DNA of 64,000 bases, taken from contig NC_042998.1 in assembly GCF_006345805.1 (NCBI RefSeq), positions 150,598,001 to 150,662,000 on the forward strand. Direction: 5' to 3'. Origin of the DNA: Octopus sinensis (Eukaryota). Below, piece by piece: positions 25,649 through 38,828 of this stretch; position 1 is the first letter of the stretch; each line of letters begins with the position of its first letter. A program made the translations under genes and the position numbers. The notes under the pieces are model-generated. The model was not told the origin of the DNA. It saw only the letters and a list, made by a program, of their open reading frames with translations, and made no database searches.

Positions 25649-28270
25649 TATATATCATATATACGTATAGATACATACACATATAAACACACATATACAT
25701 ACACAGGCACACATGCACACATATATAAATACACATGCATATACATACAGGAACACTTACATACATAGATGCATATACATATTTGGAAAGCGAAGTTGTG
25801 AAGGGAACGCAGTCATTTAAAAATGCCGTTGAGAAAACAGTCGTCATGGGACGAGGGAAGAAGAGAAGGTATCGAGGAAGAAAGAGGGAACGAAAGAACG
25901 AAAATTAAAGGAGAGAGAGAGGTACGAGCAAACAGAGAATAGATGATAGATAGAAAGAAAGATAAAGGGGAGAACAGAGAGTATGGGAAGTAAGAATAAA
26001 GAATAGATAAGTTGCAAAAATGATTATTAGGTGAGGGTAGATATTTAAGAAAGGCAAAACAGCGTTTTTTTCCAATGCAAACACCTGTAAATACGTTCAT
26101 TAAAAGTGTTTACCAGTTTATGCTTAGAAAAGAGAATAGGTAGTTGTTCGTCCGTACAAAGAGGACAGAAAGATTTCCCTTTATCATGTGGAAATAATCT
26201 TGATAAAATTTTCCAGAAAAACGTTTATTAGAGTCTTTAAGGTGCCAAATTAGCTTACTAAGTCCTGTAAAATTACGCATATGACTGCATTTAAAAGTGA
26301 AAACATAGTTCTTGATACGGCTTTTCAACTCCGTAGACAATCCAATATAAAAGAATTCTGTAGATCCAGAGGTAATTTTGCATTGGTAAACAACATTTTT
26401 AATACTGCAATTGAGGACGCAAGTTTTATTCGAGCCACAGTTACAAAGACTAATATCATTGATATTATTATTCAAGGAGAGATTATAGTTAATATTATTA
26501 ATGTTATTACAGTTATTAAGAAATACTCTATTACCTTTGAGAATATAGTTGTTATGCAAGGATATAATCTGCAGGAGGTTGCTGGTGCTGGAGAAGCAAA
26601 TTCTGATAGGGTGGGTGTTGTAAATTGAGTGGTAACTGGAATTTATGGGAAATTTCTTTCGATAGCTTTATGAAATGGGCGGGCAAAGTTACTTTTAACT
26701 TGTTTTCCGCATGGAACAATCAACTAGATATTTTTACCAGGGTTACGCGATTTATGGAAAAATTTATTATTAAAAAACTTAATGTCTTTTTTAAAGAACG
26801 GAAAAAAAGAGTGGGGAATGATAGTTACGTCCCTTTGACTATTTGTTTTTAAAATTCCGATGGTAACGACTAAGGCTGTTATGATGTAATGGGATATTAT
26901 TCGGATTATTGTCTACGAGAGGAACGATGTGCGTATTTTTGTTGTCATTTTGTCTGTTACTATTAATATTATTACTACTATTATTGTTAGTAGTATTATT
27001 ACTGTTATGATTAGAGGAAGAGTTAAGGACAAGATGGTTATAATACTTAATTTATTTCTTATATCCTGTTTTATATAACGCTGAATTATAGAAATCAGAG
27101 TTATTATTGAAAATGGTTTCATTGGCAGATGATTTAGAGATTCAAAGCGATATGTTTTTAACTAATTTGTTTGTTATATTGGTAGGGTGATACCTAAAAA
27201 GGCTGATGTATTTCAGGTTAGTTGAAGGTTTATGATATGGGAAATATGAGGCCGTATTTAAGTTGAGAGTAAGATCAAGGAAGTTAACCTTAGTTCTATC
27301 ATCATTCTATCTTAGTTCTATAATCATATGGGCCTAATACTTAGGCCCATATTACTAAAGAATTTGACAATTTTGCGTTTAACCTTTTAACGTTTTTGAT
27401 TAGAGATATTTTGGAGGTAAAGGGAAAAGTCGTCGCGATATAAACTACCGAGTATATATAGAAATTGGCTATCCATTTCTGATAAAATATAAATACCTAC
27501 CAAATCAGCTATTTGTGCGGAATCGCTACAACCCATAGGGATATCAAAGCAGTAGGGTCGATCTTTATGAAGCCAAAATTTGTTATCAAGTTGGATAATA
27601 GATTTTTTAGTTGCTATAACAACATTAATTTCATCCCGGGTGAGGCTGGCTTTATTATGCGTGAACCATAGGGCTTTATTAAGGTTGATGTGATTGATAG
27701 AGGAATAATAACTATAGATATTGAACTGAATAAATTTAGTGTTTAGTTTATTATCGATAGAGTTGTGAACCAGTCCACAACCTGGAACGAGTTAAACCAT
27801 AAATTAAGTTTAAGTATTTTCGTTAACGAAGGAATGTACTTATCAAGAATATTTTTGCTAAGTATACCGATATCCGAGCTGGAGGGGCAGATAAGACGGA
27901 GAGTTGGATTATTGAAGAAGCTAGGTTTGTGATCCGTTAAGACAAAATGGAGTTGCTTTGGAGATAAAGGCTCAGTTTTCATTTGCAAGTTATATTTTTC
28001 CATAATTTTCTCAGCTTCTAGGTTAGCCTTTCTGATAGCATTTTTACTAGTAGCCATGTATATTTTTTGTATTTCCTTCCTGAGTAGCTTTAAGTAAGAA
28101 TCTGTGTTTAAATGATACAGGTTACCAGTTTTATCCGATTGAACAAGGATGCCTTCCATGCTGTTTATTTCTTTGGTAATATTACGTAGATATCTCAGAT
28201 ATCTATTTCTTAAGGGTGAACGATGGAATTTAACATTCTTAACAATAAACGGGAGGTCCTCTTCAAACTG
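25390..28270 (-). mobile_element. Penelope-like element (YRDD RT, CxCx5C linker, GIY-YIG), degenerate
   Basis: SDKTGNLY, DHKPSFFNNPTLRLICP, FDIPMGCSDSAQIADLVGIYIL, YRDD (27429-27440), CNCGSNKTC, VVYQCKI..FFYIGLS. A decayed HHR lies in the 3' pLTR at ~25448-25537. Confidence 0.9.
25448..25537 (-). ncRNA. Decayed hammerhead motif in PLE pLTR
   Basis: CUGAUAA (C3.A8 mismatch), long helix II (GAUGCAUU/AAUGCAUC), GAAAC-AUAA-GUC. Helix I is broken. Homologous to 41475-41560. Confidence 0.55.
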
Positions 28271-28462
28271 TGCACACACACACAAATATTTTAGAATGGT
28301 AATTTTTATTTCCAAATTAATCACAATGCACTATGCACTCGTTCTTCATTATTCTTCTTCTTCTTAATTATTCTTCTTAGTTTAGTGTCCTTTGTTTGAG
28401 ATCTTTCATCCCACATCCTATGATTTCTTTAGCGACTCTTCATTCCACGTGTCTTGTTTTCT

Positions 28463-28615
28463 CTTTAGTTCCTGTCTACCAAATCCATTCGGAAGGCTTT
28501 GGCCGGCTCGAACCTATAGAAGAAGATACTTGACTAATGTGCCATGCAGTAGGACTGAACTTGGAACCATGTGATTGAGAAGCAAATTTCTTACCACACA
28601 ACCATGCTTGCGCCT
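28463..28615 (-). mobile_element. tRNA-derived CORE-type SINE, 5' part
   Basis: Reverse complement of the GGCGCAGGC.TGG.TGTGTGGTAAG...GGTTC.AGTCC head seen at 28864 and 46995. Confidence 0.75.
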
Positions 28616-28863
28616 ATATGTATGTGTGTGTCTCTCTATATATATATATATTCAAATTTAAATACAAGTTGCAGAGATGGACAAACAATTTATTCATGGA
28701 GATTTCACTTGACGTACCAGTGAAAATCCATACATAGGCACGTGTCTGTGGAGTGCTCAGCCACTTGCACGTTAATTTCACGAGCAGTCTGTTTCGTTGA
28801 TTAGTTCAACTGGAACCTCCGTCATCGTAACCTACGGAGAGCCGTAGTAGTATATATACTATA

Positions 28864-29345
<482 letters not shown>

Positions 29346-29360
29346 AATATATATATTCAT

Positions 29361-29427
29361 AACACTTATGAGAACGGAACCAAGGGATAAGCTCCGGTTT
29401 CCAGCGAATCACCCGGTACGCTAGCTA

Positions 29428-29461
<34 letters not shown>

Positions 29462-29528
29462 TAGCTAGCGTACCGGGTGATTCGCTGGAAACCGGAGCTT
29501 ATCCCTTGGTTCCGTTCTCATAAGTGTT
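29361..29528. repeat. Perfect 168-bp palindrome (68-bp arms around (TA)16)
   Basis: 29361-29428 is the exact reverse complement of 29461-29528. Confidence 0.95.
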
Positions 29529-30425
29529 TCGCTAATCCATTAACAACAATGCAAAGTATGTAGCCCTTAAAACGGATTTTGCGCATTTATTGAGAATACC
29601 GAACAGTCTTACACAGGATCTTGTTTTCAGTAATTCCCAGTAAGTTATGAATACCCAAATTGTGAAGTCAGTTATGTAATAACATGAAATTAGTTACCCG
29701 ATAGTAAGAATTCAGATAAAGTAGCCCTGAAAAGGGCTTTAATGCATTCCCAGAGTACATAGAATATAGAAGGAATACTAATAAGGTATGTATACTAAAA
29801 TTGTGAAGCATATTACGTAATAATAGGCTAGTCAGATATGAGATAATAACAATTCAAAGTAAATATCTCTGAAAAAGCTTTTGTGCGTTTGCAGGGAATA
29901 TCACACTCAACGGTGCTAGTGTTAGTATATTCGTGAATATGTCACTAACCGAAATAAGTGGATCTTTTGTTTAGGAAAATACTATTTATTTGTCTAAGCG
30001 TTGTACTGGATAAATTGCGAAAATAACTCAAATAGTTCAAATATTAAGAAATAAGTATACTCAATTTGATTTATATGAAATAATTTACGAACATAAATGG
30101 GGTATTTCCCTTGGCTATATATAAGGATCCCTTTCAGGAGCGAATGGGTTATTTCCCTTTTATGTATAAAAATAATGTATTATGGTTATTTCCCTTGGAT
30201 GTTTAAAATTATATATTATTGTTATAGCTATATGTAGTAGATATAACAATCCCTTCAAGGGGCCCTATTAACGATTTTTCAACAATCTAAGTATGTCACT
30301 AGTTTTCTAGGCATGAGTTCTACTCAGCTGTCAAGTTTCATCAAAATCGATAAAACGATGTAGGAGGAGTTAGATAACAACGCCACAAATAGACACACCC
30401 ATAGATTTCCACCACATATGTAGTA
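29461..30425 (-). mobile_element. Non-autonomous Helitron-like element
   Basis: a-CTAG terminus with adjacent imperfect hairpin CCGGGTGATTCGCTGG. Internal degenerate subrepeats (GGTTATTTCCCTT x3). GTCAAGTTTCATCAAAATCG near the other end. Confidence 0.6.
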
Positions 30426-30814
30426 CATGTACATATCTATATTCAATATCAAAATCTAACTACATATGTGTGTATATATATTTACGTGTGTGTGCGCGTA
30501 AAATATCAACAGCCACAAGAAAAATATAGTAAGAACAGTAGCACAAAAACAGCACCGACTTCCTTTAGAGTTATAATGGAGTTCTTTTTCGTTTTCTCAA
30601 GCTCATGTGGAATCGCTTCATTGTAAATAGAAACCCTTACTATAATTCCGTAGTTATACGTTTATCATCTACACTTTTGTATGTAGTAATTCATATACTC
30701 ATCCATTCCCACACACATACATACACGTGCACACACATACACACATATACATATTTATATACTTATATATATATATATATATACATACATACATACATAC
30801 ACACATACATATAT

Positions 30815-30852
<38 letters not shown>

Positions 30853-30870
30853 ACTCACACACATATACCC

Positions 30871-30941
<71 letters not shown>

Positions 30942-31560
30942 GTTTACATGTATATACACATATACACATACACTCATATTCTGTAAAATTTTGGATTGAC
31001 ACATCGTAATTTACATAAACACATGTGACTTGAATCAGCCAATGAGACAGACATATTCTGACGCCATCTTGAATTTCACTTGGATGTTGTTTTTGTCATA
31101 TCTTACCAACACATCTTGCCGTCTGAAGGCAGAAACCAGTGCTAAGGAGTCAGAAATTTATCTGCAGCCAAATTCGTCACATTCTTACCATTTTTACAGA
31201 AACTTTTTCCAAAATTCCATACAAAATTCTATGATTTATCTCACAAAATGAAGAATTAAGAAAGATGACTTCCTCCGTTCTTTGGAATTAAATTTTCTTA
31301 TCATCCTCTTTTTGAGCATATTTTGTATTTTTATTTATTTATTTTTCTATAGTAAATTTCTCCAGTAAAGTCCTCTCTAGAGCCCGAATAATCTAAAAAC
31401 TTAGATTTCTGCGATTGTTGAGTATTATTTTCCTCATTTCGCGCAATATATCCTGTGGGAGAGAAAAACAAAAAAGAGAAAGAAATGAACAAGGACATTA
31501 ATTTCAAATTGATTAAAGGCAGAACAAATGTCCTTTGAAAATATTGCCTTCTCTCTCTAT

Positions 31561-31622
<62 letters not shown>

Positions 31623-31966
31623 CTCTTTCCCTCTCTCTGTGTCTCCCTCTGTCTCTCTCTCCCTCTGTCTCTCTCTCCCCCTCTCTCTCTATCTATCTCT
31701 CTTTCCCCCTCTTTCTCTCTCTCTGTCTTCCTCTGTCTCTCTCTGTATCTGTCTGTCGGTCTCTCTCTTTCTTTCTCGACTGCCGCTTTCGGCCGTTTAC
31801 GGTCGCTGCCAGAATGTATGTATACAATTACGTGCGTTGACTGCAGCATTGGAGCACTTTAGCTCCTATTTCTAGCATTGTAGGAGTTCCGATAACCCCA
31901 GTCATCTTTAATGACAATTATAGTTTTCCTTTTTGGTAACACATTGCTAAATCGCTACCTTCTTTA

Positions 31967-32007
<41 letters not shown>

Positions 32008-32038
32008 CATCATCATCATCATCATCATCACCATCATC

Positions 32039-32069
<31 letters not shown>

Positions 32070-32070
32070 A

Positions 32071-32138
<68 letters not shown>

Positions 32139-32145
32139 TGTTGTT

Positions 32146-33110
32146 TTATCGAATGAACTTCAGGGATTCAATGACAAAAGTCTGGTTTATGCGGTCCGAG
32201 AGACCTTCAGGATATTTTTCTAACCAGAATTTTATTGCCCCTATTCTGTATTCATATGGAATGCTAGTGTAGAGGTTGATGACATCGAAGGAGACGAATA
32301 GAGCTTGTTCATCCAACAACCAAATTGCAACTGACATTAACTGCAAACCAACAGACTCAAAACAGTATCTCCTTTTCAGTTTATGCCATCCTAAACACAC
32401 CAAAATAAATATTCCGTTCACTCTAGTAAAAAGGATCTGTACAATTGTATCTGACACAACCACTCAGGAACTTCGCCTACAAGACCTCAAAATAACACTT
32501 ATTGAACGTCAGTACCGACCTATACTTATAGAAATTGGACACAAACACACTAAGGACAACAAAACAAAACACCACACCTCACCTTAAACCAGAAACACCA
32601 GAAACAATGAAGCATATAGCACAATTATACAAAATCTCCCTCTGCTCACTCAAGACCCGAAAATGAACAGCATCCTAAATACACACAAACTACTAAAATG
32701 CAAAAGACAAGACAAATCACTCGAGAGATTCATAACAAATGCAAAACAATACCCAATACATACGATACCAACAGTTAAAAAATGCAGACGACCTAACTGT
32801 GGTACGTGCCCACACCTAACTTCACATGTGCTTCCCAGAACCTTACCTATGTCCCAGCATGCTCAGGTTGTGGTCACAATTATCTGGGCCAAACGAGCCT
32901 TACTTTGAGACGCAGAATCAGCTGCATAAAGAACAAATTCGTCTTCCTTAATAGAGGCAGATAGCACTGAGCTGACATATCAACAGATGCGCAAGTAATA
33001 AAACGCCGAATTTTCATATCTTCCCATTATACCAATGCAAAAATTCAGTACAAAAATCTCAGAACAAAAACGCATAAACAAGGAAATCCCTATCTTAAAA
33101 GGTGTGGTTA
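32146..33110. mobile_element. Neptune-type PLE fragment with inverted 5' RT piece
   Basis: Minus 32146-~32300: VSFDVINLYTSIP...LKFI (RT3). Plus ~32310-33110: TDINCKPTDSKQYL..CHPKHTKINIP, KKCRRPNCGTCPHL, CSGCGHNYLGQT. Confidence 0.85.
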
Positions 33111-33281
33111 CTAGGGCAAAAAACGCACACTTTGACAAGTCTTCTCTCATTCCCTTATTTGCCTGTCTTCCTCCCTCTCTCTTTTTCCTCCCTTCCTTTC
33201 ACTTTCTCTCTATAACGTCGTTTGACAGCGTCTACTATCTTTCCCCCGCCGCCTTCGCCAGCGCTGTCACTCTTTCTGTCA

Positions 33282-33317
<36 letters not shown>

Positions 33318-33501
33318 GTCTGTCTACATTCATAGAGAGAATTATTATCGCCACCACCACCACCACCACCACACAATCATGAGAACAAATATTATGAATC
33401 AGATATTTATTGGGTTAATTGATATGTGTGTGTATGTGTGTGTTCTATATATAAATATGTATATATAATGTATATATACAAAGTGTATATATCTGTATTT
33501 T

Positions 33502-33545
<44 letters not shown>

Positions 33546-33561
33546 TATATATATATATCTG

Positions 33562-33603
<42 letters not shown>

Positions 33604-33709
33604 ATTATTTTATATATAATTTGTATACATTTTATATATAATGCGTACACACCACACACACATAATAATGCGTATATATGTACATATATATATTTAATAC
33701 GTATATATA

Positions 33710-34580
33710 TATGGTCGGTTGAGCTGAAAATATGCACACCTATGTTAAAAGTGCTGGCGAGTTTGTATGGCAACTATTTTTTTCCTCAAATGAAAGGTGT
33801 GACCTCTAGGACAAAATTCCTCATCTTATAAAATGTGACCCGAGTAGACCCGAATGAAATCGGGTTATATTAAGCAAAATGTGAAGAGGGGTCTCAATGG
33901 GGCTGGAAGGGGATTAAAATTTACAGGAGCGGGTGTTTAGGAATTCTCTATTACAACAAGCTAAAAAATTTGCGCCAGCCTTTAAATCTTCAATGCGTTG
34001 CTGTCCATCATGAAGAAGTTTTGAATGCTTGCCATGGTGAGTCTACTGTCGTGAGAAAGAATCACCTCAAAACTTGGTGTTTAGGAATTGTCTTTTACAT
34101 CAAGTTCAAAATTTTGCACCAGCCGTTAAACTGCCACTACGTTGTTGTCCGTCGTTAAGAAATGCCAGCCATGGTGACTCTACTATCCTCAGATTCTATC
34201 CCTTCAAACTTTGGTTTCCAATATTTTTTTATTTTTATTCAGCTCGCAAGTTCGTCTGTCCCTTTTAAATGTTAGTGTTTTGCTGTCTGCCTTGAAGCAG
34301 ACCTTTCCATTGTCACTACCTGATATTTATGATTGATCTTTCAAAATATTTCCTTTCTCAACTTACTCAAGATCTTTTTGTTGTTTATAATGGGAGATAT
34401 ATAGATAGAGAAAGATAGAGAGTAAGAGAAAACGAAGGATAGCTCCTATAGAAAGGAAGAGTAAGAGATGTGAATGTTAGAGAGAAGGAGAGAGAAACAA
34501 AGAGGGGAGATGTGGTGATAAAAAACAGAAAGTACAACCACACTCTTACCCCGCGCGTAGAGCGGGTCACCTTAAGCTAG
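33710..34580 (+). mobile_element. Non-autonomous Helitron-like element
   Basis: 3' hairpin CCCGC-gcgtaga-GCGGG (34550-34566) lies ~10 nt before CTAG-t (34577-34580). Internal ~145-bp degenerate direct repeat (33933-34050 / 34077-34185). TA-tract flanks. Confidence 0.65.
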
Positions 34581-34598
34581 TATCATATATATATAATA

Positions 34599-34640
<42 letters not shown>

Positions 34641-35745
34641 TATATATATATATTTTGTATGTATGTATGTATGTATGTATGTATGTATGTATGTATGTAT
34701 GTATGTATGCATGTATGTATGTATGTATGCATGTATGTATGTAAGTATGTATGTATATGTATATATATATACATATATATGTATGTGTGTGTATGTATGT
34801 ATATGTGTATGTGCGTGAGTGTGTATGTATATATGCACACATATATATATCATTCTCATCCTCTTTCCCCCTTTTTCTCTCGCTTTCTTTCTCTCTGTCT
34901 GTCCCTGACTCAGCCTGTTTCTCTGTCTCTCTTTCTCTCTCTCTCTCTTTGTCTCGTTAGTTAGTATCGGTAGTCTTCACAGTCTATCTCGACAATGTGC
35001 TCCAGCATTTCACACCAAAAGTGCCGCTGCTAGATTCTGCCTACAGTATGGTGGCGGGCATACAGTAAGTGACCACAATACGATCGACAGAATGAATTCT
35101 TTGCCTGAATACTAGTCTTGTCAGCAATCGTTCCAGGTGATGCCTAAGGCAACAAGTAGGTGACTGGAAGCCCTGTCAGATATGTGAGCAAAAATGTGAA
35201 GCGACATCGCTGAAAGAGGGACATGAAGTGGGGCTGGGTAGGAACAAGGAGGAGTGGGCCCGGTATATGTCACTTGAAGAAACGCCAGTGTTTCTTAAAA
35301 TAACAAATACCAGGCACACCACCACTCAAATATTGACGAGAATTTTTGCTCTCTCCTTCCCACTCTTTATCAATGAATCTGCGTCTAATATGCAAATTCT
35401 TTCTTCACCATGATGCTGGGTAAGTTTTAAAATATTCAGAAACCATTTTAGTTTAATTAAACTTAGCAATTTTCCCGTCCCCTTTTCAGTTTCATATCAG
35501 TTCCTCGTTTCATAAGCCTCCACACATACACACACACCTACTTTTACTTGTACTTGTTTCAGTCATTTGACTGTAGCCATGATGGAGCACCGCCTTTAGT
35601 CAGAAAAATCTACCCCAGGACTTATTCTTTGTCAGCCTAGAACTTATTCTATCGGTCTCTTTTGCCGAACCGCTAAGTTATGGTGACGTAAACACACCAG
35701 CATCGGTTGTCAAGCGATGTTGGTAGTACAAACAGACACACAAAC

Positions 35746-35786
<41 letters not shown>

Positions 35787-35985
35787 ACACACACACACAT
35801 ATGTATATATATAACATAAGAGGGATCAGCCATCTGAATGTGGCTAGGGTCAGGGCGGGGTGGTGGGGGTGTTACTGATGCATTTAGCCCAGGCCGAACA
35901 TCGACGTCACCAGAAGAGCTGACACCATCTCGGTGTCCTTGCCAGCCAGCAAAGGAGATCAGCCTCCCCGAAGATACGGATACTA

Positions 35986-36028
35986 CACACGGACCGGTTT
36001 CGAGGTTATTGCCTCTTGTCAACGTATG
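35986..36028 (-). ncRNA. Minimal type I hammerhead ribozyme, U3-A8 core variant (copy 1)
   Basis: CAUACG UUGACAA GAGG-caauaa-CCUC GAAA CCGG UC/ CGUGUG: 6-bp helix I (one G-U), perfect 4-bp helix II, palindromic CCGG replacing helix III, GUC cleavage site. Confidence 0.8.
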
Positions 36029-36343
36029 GTAAGCACCGCTCTTCGTTGAGGGACTTCCTCTACCGGCTGGATATATATAGATTTTCACAGTAAACAGTCA
36101 CTGGCGTAGAAAATCTGTTCGAAAACAATAATAAATCTCTGGGCGAGATATAAACAGTAACTGCTCTATAACATAAGAGGGATCAGCCATCTGAATGTGG
36201 CTAGGTCAGGGCGGGGTGGTAGGGGGTGTTACTGATGCATTTAGCCCCAGGCGAACATCGACGTCACCAGAAGAGCTGACACCATCTCGGTGTCCTTGCC
36301 AGCCAGCAAAGGGAGATCAGCCTCCCCGAAGATACGGATACTA

Positions 36344-36386
36344 CACACGGACCGGTTTCGAGGTTATTGCATCTTGTCAACGTATG
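36344..36386 (-). ncRNA. Minimal type I hammerhead ribozyme, U3-A8 core variant (copy 2)
   Basis: Same as copy 1 except helix II 5' arm GAUG (one mismatch). Confidence 0.75.
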
Positions 36387-36460
36387 GTAAGCAACCGCTC
36401 TTCGTTGAGGGACTTCCTCGCCCCAGATTTATTATTATATATATATTATATATATATATA

Positions 36461-36506
<46 letters not shown>

Positions 36507-36545
36507 CATATATATATATAAATATATATATATATACACACATAT

Positions 36546-36616
<71 letters not shown>

Positions 36617-37764
36617 GTATATACGACGGGTTTCTTTCAGTTTCCGTCTACCAAATCTACTCGCAAGGCTTTGGCTGGTCCGAGGCTATAGTAGAACTCA
36701 CATGTCCAGGGTGCTACGCAGTGGGACTGAACTCGGGAACCATGTAGTTCGTAAACAAGTTACTTGCCACACAGCCACTCCTACGCCTACTTTATAAAAA
36801 TTTTGGCGTGAGATAAATTCAGTTTTAAAATGTCGATCAACCCGATGAAGAATTAGGTGAACTGCCTTGCAAAGCGATTTATATCTACCAGCGTTGAAAT
36901 AATCCAGCTTGTACAAACCTGTGCAAATTTCGAACAAGGTCTCCACGAAAACCTTCACTTAAAAGAGTTAATAGGGGTAGGCCATTGGTGTATAGTAGCT
37001 GTTCTGCAGGACCGTCTTCAGGTGCTGAATGGATACTTTTTACAAAGACACATGTTCAAGGGGGTCTAACGAAATAAATATTTATCGGAGCCGTTTAACA
37101 TTGTGGCTTTGCTCGGTAAAGATGTAAATTGTCACAACTTTTGTACCTGTTGGCTGTCGAATATCATTAATAAAAATTTAGTATTTTGAGGGTAAGCCTA
37201 CCTCAAATTGAAACAGAAATCTGATATCAGTACATGGTTCATTACCTCTCCAAAACTAATGTATTACAGGACACGGAAGAAAAATATCCCGTAGTTTACA
37301 CGACCAGTAATGTAGTGCTCGTAAAGTTAGGCAAGTATTAGTGGTATATTCATGTAGCTAATGTCTGATCGCTTTTTTTTTTACAATCCCCATCTTGGTT
37401 TGAACTGGATCATACGGCGCGCTCGCTATTACTACGTTTATCAAGAATGTTAAAGCCGAGGGTTTGTTTCTTTTTGTCACACCCTGTGTAATATGTGCAT
37501 TCAGGTTGAGAAATAAAATACCATTTGATGGCTGAGACGAGGTGCCAAATGCGATTTGGACCGAATTTTTACTTTCTGAGGGAAATGATTGTAACGACAT
37601 TGACGTTGAACTGTTTTGGTCCCTGCCTTCTTGGACAACATCAAGGGTGGGACCATGGACATTTGCTGGTCTCCAATGAGAAATAATTGGCCAGAGTGGC
37701 ACCTTGAAGTGGAACTTTCATGAGACATAGAGAGGCTTCGGATATATATGTTTGTGTGGATGGA

Positions 37765-38205
37765 GTGCAGGCGTAGGTGTATGGCAGAAGCTTACTGTCC
37801 AGCCAAATTGTCAGGGTTTACCCCTCCTGATGAGCCCTATGTGCCACGCAGTGAGACTGAACCCGGAGCCAGGTGTTTAAGGCCTTGTGAGAAGATTTAG
37901 TATACAGGGCCTAAAAGAAGCCAGTCGCATATACATGTGTGTGTGTGTGTGTGTGTATGTGTGTGTGTGCGCGTGCGTGTTTGTGTGAGTGTGTGTGTGT
38001 GTCTTTGTCCCCACCACCGCTTGGCAACTGATGCTGGTGTGTTTTCATCACTTGTAACCTAGCGATTCGGCAAAAACTCGATAGAATATGTACCAAACTT
38101 TAAAAGAAAAAAAAAGGACTAAGGTCGATTCATTCGACTAAAACCCTTCAAGGCAGTGCCCCAGCAGGGCTACAGTCTAATGATTGAAACAAGTAAACGG
38201 TAAAA
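37765..38205 (+). mobile_element. CORE-type SINE, degenerate and rearranged
   Basis: Head GCAGGCGTAGGTGTATGG. Tail GTAACCTAGCGATTCGGCAAAA...GATAGAAT...CCCCAGCAGGGCTACAGTCTAATGATTGAAACAAGTAAA. Confidence 0.65.
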
Positions 38206-38622
38206 AGTAGAGAATATATGCATACACACTAATACATAAGATACATACGTACACATAAATACATTAGCATACATACATACATACATACAGTAGAAATTGT
38301 AAACGTATTCATACCACGGATATTGTAAAGCAAACTTGATTGTGTGATGGAACTAATATCTAGAGGGGAAAGAGTATGTGTGTGTGCGCGGGCGCGTGTG
38401 TGGTGGAAAGAAAATGAAATAAAGGTGTAGAAAGTGAGTTGTAGGAATGTCGGTAAGGAGGGAATGGATCCGAGTCCGGCCGATGTGTCACGTAAACGGA
38501 CGTGCAAACAGACAGCCAGAAAAGCACCACTCAAATCACGTGATCTGGTACTCTTGTCACGACGCTAATTACCGACTCTGACAAACAACGAAACAAACAA
38601 ATAAACGTGATCAGTCGACTTT

Positions 38623-38679
<57 letters not shown>

Positions 38680-38781
38680 CGTGCGTGTGCGTGTGTGTAT
38701 ATTTGCGTGTTGAGTGTCAATGCTCCTGAAAGCTCTAGTGAGTAGAGGTAACTGCTGATGCAGGAAAACTAATATACATAC

Positions 38782-38828
<47 letters not shown>

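Larger units (their letters stand above)
35811..36420 (-). mobile_element. Non-coding partial-tandem repeat (~357-bp unit) carrying two minimal hammerheads: candidate retrozyme / solo PLE pLTR
   Basis: 35811-36060 and 36168-36420 are near-identical and separated by 107 unique bp containing a minus-strand CTATATATAT. No supportable coding capacity. Confidence 0.75.
35541..36788 (-). mobile_element. CORE-type SINE split by the HHR repeat inserted in its internal microsatellite
   Basis: SINE head at ~36610-36788 and tail at ~35541-35750, both on the minus strand, flank 35811-36420. Confidence 0.8.

Noticed and set aside
35870-35912. Possible plus-strand HHR (CTGATGC...GAAC...GTC) in the tandem repeat, which would make it ambisense
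   Set aside because: A9 and GAAA are both non-canonical and the helices do not form.
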